From positions 52,763 to 116,762 of the forward strand of contig JBHICG010000002.1 of NCBI GenBank assembly GCA_046759445.1: a DNA stretch of 64,000 bases, written 5' to 3'. A program made the translations under genes and the position numbers. Of this stretch, positions 60,496 through 64,000 are shown piece after piece. Under the pieces are notes generated by a model, which was given only the letters and a program-made list of their open reading frames with translations, was not told the DNA's origin and did no database searches. The number at the start of each line of letters is the position of its first letter. The stretch's first letter is position 1. This DNA is from Candidatus Scalinduaceae bacterium. Its GTDB lineage: Bacteria; Planctomycetota; Brocadiia; Brocadiales; Scalinduaceae.

Positions 60496-60657
60496 CGGGT
60501 GCATTCCCGATTTTTTGCAATTCATCATTTAGAGAAGGTTTCTTGGGGAATATCCTGATAAATCCAGCATTTTATTTAAAATTCTTATAAAATTTTCACA
60601 ATATTCAGGCAAAATATCCGCCAATTACATTTTTTGCAAAAAATAGGAATGCACCCG
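60496..60657. mobile_element. MITE-like element with 24-25-bp terminal inverted repeats
   Basis: CGGGTGCATTCCCGATTTTTTGCAA...TTGCAAAAAATAGGAATGCACCCG. Confidence 0.7.
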
Positions 60658-60675
60658 TGAAGGTCCAACTATTCA

Positions 60676-61212
60676 ATGAAAAACATTTTCTTAACAGGCG
60701 CTCCTTCTTCAGGAAAAACCACCGTCATCAAAAAAATAATCGCAAGTCTGGATCATCCCGCTAATGGATTTTATACAGAAGAAGAAAGGGTAGATGGCAA
60801 AAGAGTTGGTTTTTTAATGAAGACCCTTGATGGCAGAGAGGGTTATCTTGCCCATCAGGATATTAAGTCTGATTTTCATATAAGAAGATATGGCGTAAGT
60901 ATTGAGGATATTGAAAACATTGCCGTGCCTTCAATCACTCCCGTAAAGGATAATATCATAATACTCGATGAAATCGGAAAGATGGAATGTTTTTCCATGA
61001 CCTTTAGACAAGCAGCCGCCAATGCCCTTGATGCATCAAATATCGTCATAGGCACAATTACGTTTGGTGGGGACGATTTTATCCTGAAAATAAAGAAAAG
61101 GGAAGATATAGAAATAAATGAAGTAACTGTGGGCAACAGGAATTCACTGCCAGGCTTAATATTAGGAAAGATTTCAAATCTCCTGAATATAAATAAAACA
61201 TTTATCCACTGA
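60676..61212 (+). CDS. NTPase (THEP1/NTPase_1 family)
   Basis: LTGAPSSGKTT, GFYTEE, ILDEIGKME. Confidence 0.9.
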   Translation: MKNIFLTGAPSSGKTTVIKKIIASLDHPANGFYTEEERVDGKRVGFLMKTLDGREGYLAHQDIKSDFHIRRYGVSIEDIENIAVPSITPVKDNIIILDEIGKMECFSMTFRQAAANALDASNIVIGTITFGGDDFILKIKKREDIEINEVTVGNRNSLPGLILGKISNLLNINKTFIH

Positions 61213-61564
61213 CCATAACAGACTGTGTCACAATTATAAATTCAGAACAGTCTGCATACGCCTCTGAAACAAAAGGGTCAAAACAAAATAGGCGTAGTAA
61301 CAGTCTGTATGCAATTTGGTGTGTAAATTCTGACCATTCAATTATTATTGAATATTGTAAAGAAAAACAAACAAATCTACACTGCCTCTCACTAAAAAAT
61401 AAATCCTAAGATATATACATTAATAGCTTACAATAATTTTTACTCTTTAACATTTCATGGTAAGGGAATTGCGATTATTTTTTAGAGATTGATTTTAGTG
61501 GTATTTTATTTTAATATTAAATTTCTTTTAATGTACATAGGAAGAAAAGGAGAAAAATAATTAA

Positions 61565-62185
61565 GTGAACACAATTATATTAACTTGGAAATCATCATTA
61601 AGAGACTTGTTAACTATCTATGAGACCAAAAGAGAAAGTCTGATTACTTTTTTTCCAAAGCTTTTTTTATTTTTTGTTTTACTCAATATCCTTTGCTATT
61701 GGTGGGCGATGTTCACCGCCTTTCCCCATTATATTCATGGCATTGAGAGGGGCCATTACTTTCTATTACAATTTCCGGTTGGATTTCTTGGTGCCATTTT
61801 TGATAGTTTTTCTTTTTTTGTAACGATTCTCATTATTCGCCGAGCCCTAAATAGTAGAAGTAGTTCGGAATATATTGCTCATCTTTCCTTGGACTTGGTG
61901 ATTGCATTAGTCGCCACTTGCTGGGTATTATTTGTGTTTTCATTTTCTGGTTGGTTAATCTGTCTTCTAGAAGCGAAACCTCAACTTTTAAGTGTACGTA
62001 ACGAGAAATACGAGCAGATGTTAGTCGGGGCATTGGCAAGCCCTTCTGATAATGTACGGAATATTTACTTTGGCGTAATCATGGGGATTTCAGCCAGTTT
62101 ACCGACCTTTGTTCACATTTCTATATTTGTTCGTTCCAGCTTTCGTGTTTTGACGGGTTTGAAGAAGGTGGCCATTGAAGAATAG
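61565..62185 (+). CDS. hypothetical membrane protein
   Basis: About four TM segments; AGGAG RBS, GTG start. Confidence 0.7.
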   Translation: MNTIILTWKSSLRDLLTIYETKRESLITFFPKLFLFFVLLNILCYWWAMFTAFPHYIHGIERGHYFLLQFPVGFLGAIFDSFSFFVTILIIRRALNSRSSSEYIAHLSLDLVIALVATCWVLFVFSFSGWLICLLEAKPQLLSVRNEKYEQMLVGALASPSDNVRNIYFGVIMGISASLPTFVHISIFVRSSFRVLTGLKKVAIEE

Positions 62186-62320
62186 TGATGAGTTTTGTTA
62201 GTTGCATTCAACTGAAGTACTTTTGTGTCTTCTCGAATAGCTAAACGAACGACTTCTTCATCATTCCTTAACTCATTGATAGGTAAGCCACTGGTTTTAC
62301 CAGTGAGACTATCAAAAAGG

Positions 62321-63370
62321 AAAAGGGGTCAAGTCCTTTCTTGACTACATATAGTCTGTTGGTTAAAATGAGGAAATGTCACGATCATTACGAATAGAAT
62401 TTTGTGGTGCCTGGTATCATGTAATGAATAGAGGCGCTAACAACGCTAAGATATATTATGATAAAGAAGACTACACTTTATTCCTAACTGTTCTCAAGGA
62501 AGCTTGCAATTTGTTTAATGTAACCATATCTGCATACTGCCTTATGATCAACCATTATCACATTCTTGCCAATACCCCGGAAGGAAACATTTCCCGCTTT
62601 ATGAGGCATGTAAACGGAGTTTATACGCAGAGGCATAACAGGAAACATGGAAAAGACGGTCCTTTGTTTAGAGGACGTTTTAAATCTGTATTAGTACAGG
62701 AGGATATGCATTTGATGGGTGTTGTGAGATATATCCATCTCAATCCAATTAAAGCAAAGATGGTAAAGAATATTAAAGATTTTAAGTGGAGCAGCCATAG
62801 TATATATTTAAAAGGAAAAAGTAGCGTTGCCTGGATAGATGTCGATTCTATATTGCACTTTTTTTCTAAAAATAAAATAGAGGCTATAAAAGAATATAAA
62901 GAATATATGTCTCAAGATGTTGATAAAGAGGCAGAGGTGTTTTACTCAAAGAAAAATCAAAGCTCCATATATGGAGATAATAGCTTTATTGAAAAAATAA
63001 AGGAATTTTTTATAATTTCCGATAAAAGGTCAAATATTGAAATAAAAGAAAAAAGAGTACTTATGGGAGAAGGAGTGTTAAAGCGAGTTAATATGGAAAT
63101 TTGCAGAGAGTTTAGGGTCAGTGAAAAAAAGCTTTACCAGGGAAAAAGAGGAGAAGAAAATATGGCTCGTTTTTTTGCCATTACGTTAGCAAGAGAGTTG
63201 TCTGGATTTCGCATGTCAGAAATTGCAGAACGTTATAAAATTGCGAGCTACAGAACTGTGGGAACAATTTGTTTTCGTTTTAGTAAGAGAATGAAAGGTG
63301 ATAAAATATTACGAAATCAATACGATTCACTCAAGCATATATGTAGTCATGGAAGGACTTGACCCCTTTT
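62321..63370 (+). mobile_element. RAYT-type element bounded by 33-bp inverted repeats
   Basis: AAAAGGGGTCAAGTCCTTTCTTGACTACATATA (62321-62353) versus reverse complement of 63338-63370; 2 mismatches. Confidence 0.75.
62376..63362 (+). CDS. REP-associated tyrosine (Y1/HUH) transposase with C-terminal HTH
   Basis: YHVMNRG, AYCLMINHYHIL (HUH), GPLFRGRFKS, YIHLNP, WSS. Confidence 0.92.
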   Translation: MSRSLRIEFCGAWYHVMNRGANNAKIYYDKEDYTLFLTVLKEACNLFNVTISAYCLMINHYHILANTPEGNISRFMRHVNGVYTQRHNRKHGKDGPLFRGRFKSVLVQEDMHLMGVVRYIHLNPIKAKMVKNIKDFKWSSHSIYLKGKSSVAWIDVDSILHFFSKNKIEAIKEYKEYMSQDVDKEAEVFYSKKNQSSIYGDNSFIEKIKEFFIISDKRSNIEIKEKRVLMGEGVLKRVNMEICREFRVSEKKLYQGKRGEENMARFFAITLARELSGFRMSEIAERYKIASYRTVGTICFRFSKRMKGDKILRNQYDSLKHICSHGRT

Positions 63371-63998
63371 GACCCCTTTTGACCCCTTTTTCTGACCCCT
63401 TTTTTTGACCCCTTTTTCTATTATTAATGAGTTTAAGTAATGCATACAATGAGCTATTATAGGGTGTAGGTATCCCAAGTTTCATTCCTTTTGTGACAAC
63501 AACTCCATTTATTGCATCAATCTCGAGGGGTTTATGTTTTAATAAATCCTGGAGTGTTGATGTTTGCGTATCTTGAGATTTCTCTGGCACTACTAAATAT
63601 TCTTCGATTAAGCGTTCATCTAAATTATGACCCTTGCCTTTGGCAATATTCAATACCTCTATCATAGTTAAACGTATGAGTTCTCTGGTTTCCTCACACT
63701 CCAGCATCTCCTTTAAGGTAGACCTCGTGATAGCGCTAACAGAATTGAAGGCAGCATTCCAGACAAGCTTTTTCCATAACTCTTTTTGTATATCATTGGA
63801 GATAGAACATGGAATATTGGCCTTTTTGAATATATCAGCAACCTTGCGTACCCTATCCGATATTCTTCCATCCATTTCTCCTATGATGATCTTCCCCAAG
63901 GTATAATGACGTATCTCCCATGAATTATTTAACTCTGAACCTATCAAGACTACTCCACCAAGTACTTTATTTCTACCTACTATTCTTCCTATCCTTTC
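63327..63998 (-). CDS. panE: 2-dehydropantoate 2-reductase, C-terminal part (5' end outside window)
   Basis: WKKLVWNAAFN, TSTLQD, LEIDAINGVV, GIPTPYN. Confidence 0.88.
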   Translation of the reverse strand, partial: ERIGRIVGRNKVLGGVVLIGSELNNSWEIRHYTLGKIIIGEMDGRISDRVRKVADIFKKANIPCSISNDIQKELWKKLVWNAAFNSVSAITRSTLKEMLECEETRELIRLTMIEVLNIAKGKGHNLDERLIEEYLVVPEKSQDTQTSTLQDLLKHKPLEIDAINGVVVTKGMKLGIPTPYNSSLYALLKLINNRKRGQKKGSEKGVKRGQKGSSPSMTTYMLE

Positions 63999-64000
63999 TT

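Noticed and set aside
63361..63416. CRISPR array
   Set aside because: Units are only 10-13 bp with no unique spacers and no cas genes.
1..64000. tRNA, rRNA, prophage or integron integrase genes
   Set aside because: None recognised by eye; tRNAscan-SE, Infernal and HMM scans would be needed to exclude them formally.

Overview
AT-rich bacterial chromosome segment. Gene content and protein style suggest an anammox-type planctomycete (Ca. Scalindua/Brocadiia-like); this is inference, not shown. The housekeeping backbone comprises nnrD, 2-oxoacid:ferredoxin oxidoreductase alpha/beta/gamma, nadK, dxs, xseAB, a YmdB-like phosphoesterase, mutS, asd, an RNase HII-like gene, hisD/hisC/hisB, msrAB, hmp, tag, ppiC and panE. 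Three accessory zones interrupt it. (1) 3.0-11.0 kb: a four-gene bacterial ubiquitination operon (Ubl, CEHH-type E2-like, JAB, E1; BilABCD-like order) divergent from an XRE-HTH plus ImmA/IrrE metallopeptidase pair (CapH/CapP-like, the peptidase split by an in-frame TAG). It is followed by a papain-like protein and a 57-aa ORF, and both modules are bracketed by three copies of a 16-bp direct repeat. (2) 19.3-26.2 kb: a RelE-type TA pair and a run of minus-strand genes (AbiV-like, HAD, HEPN-like, small hypotheticals) with integron gene-cassette boundary signatures and one attC-like hairpin, but no integrase in the window. (3) 42.5-52.4 kb: a recombination hotspot with a triplicated gene 3' end, orphan antitoxins beside decayed toxins, a HEPN-like gene, and MNT-HEPN and stand-alone SIR2-like genes behind a duplicated promoter module. 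A REP-associated (Y1) tyrosine transposase with 33-bp inverted flanks, many REP/MITE-like hairpins and several deletion-chimera pseudogenes are also present. No rRNA, tRNA or CRISPR array was recognised. All family assignments are by motif recognition, without database searches.
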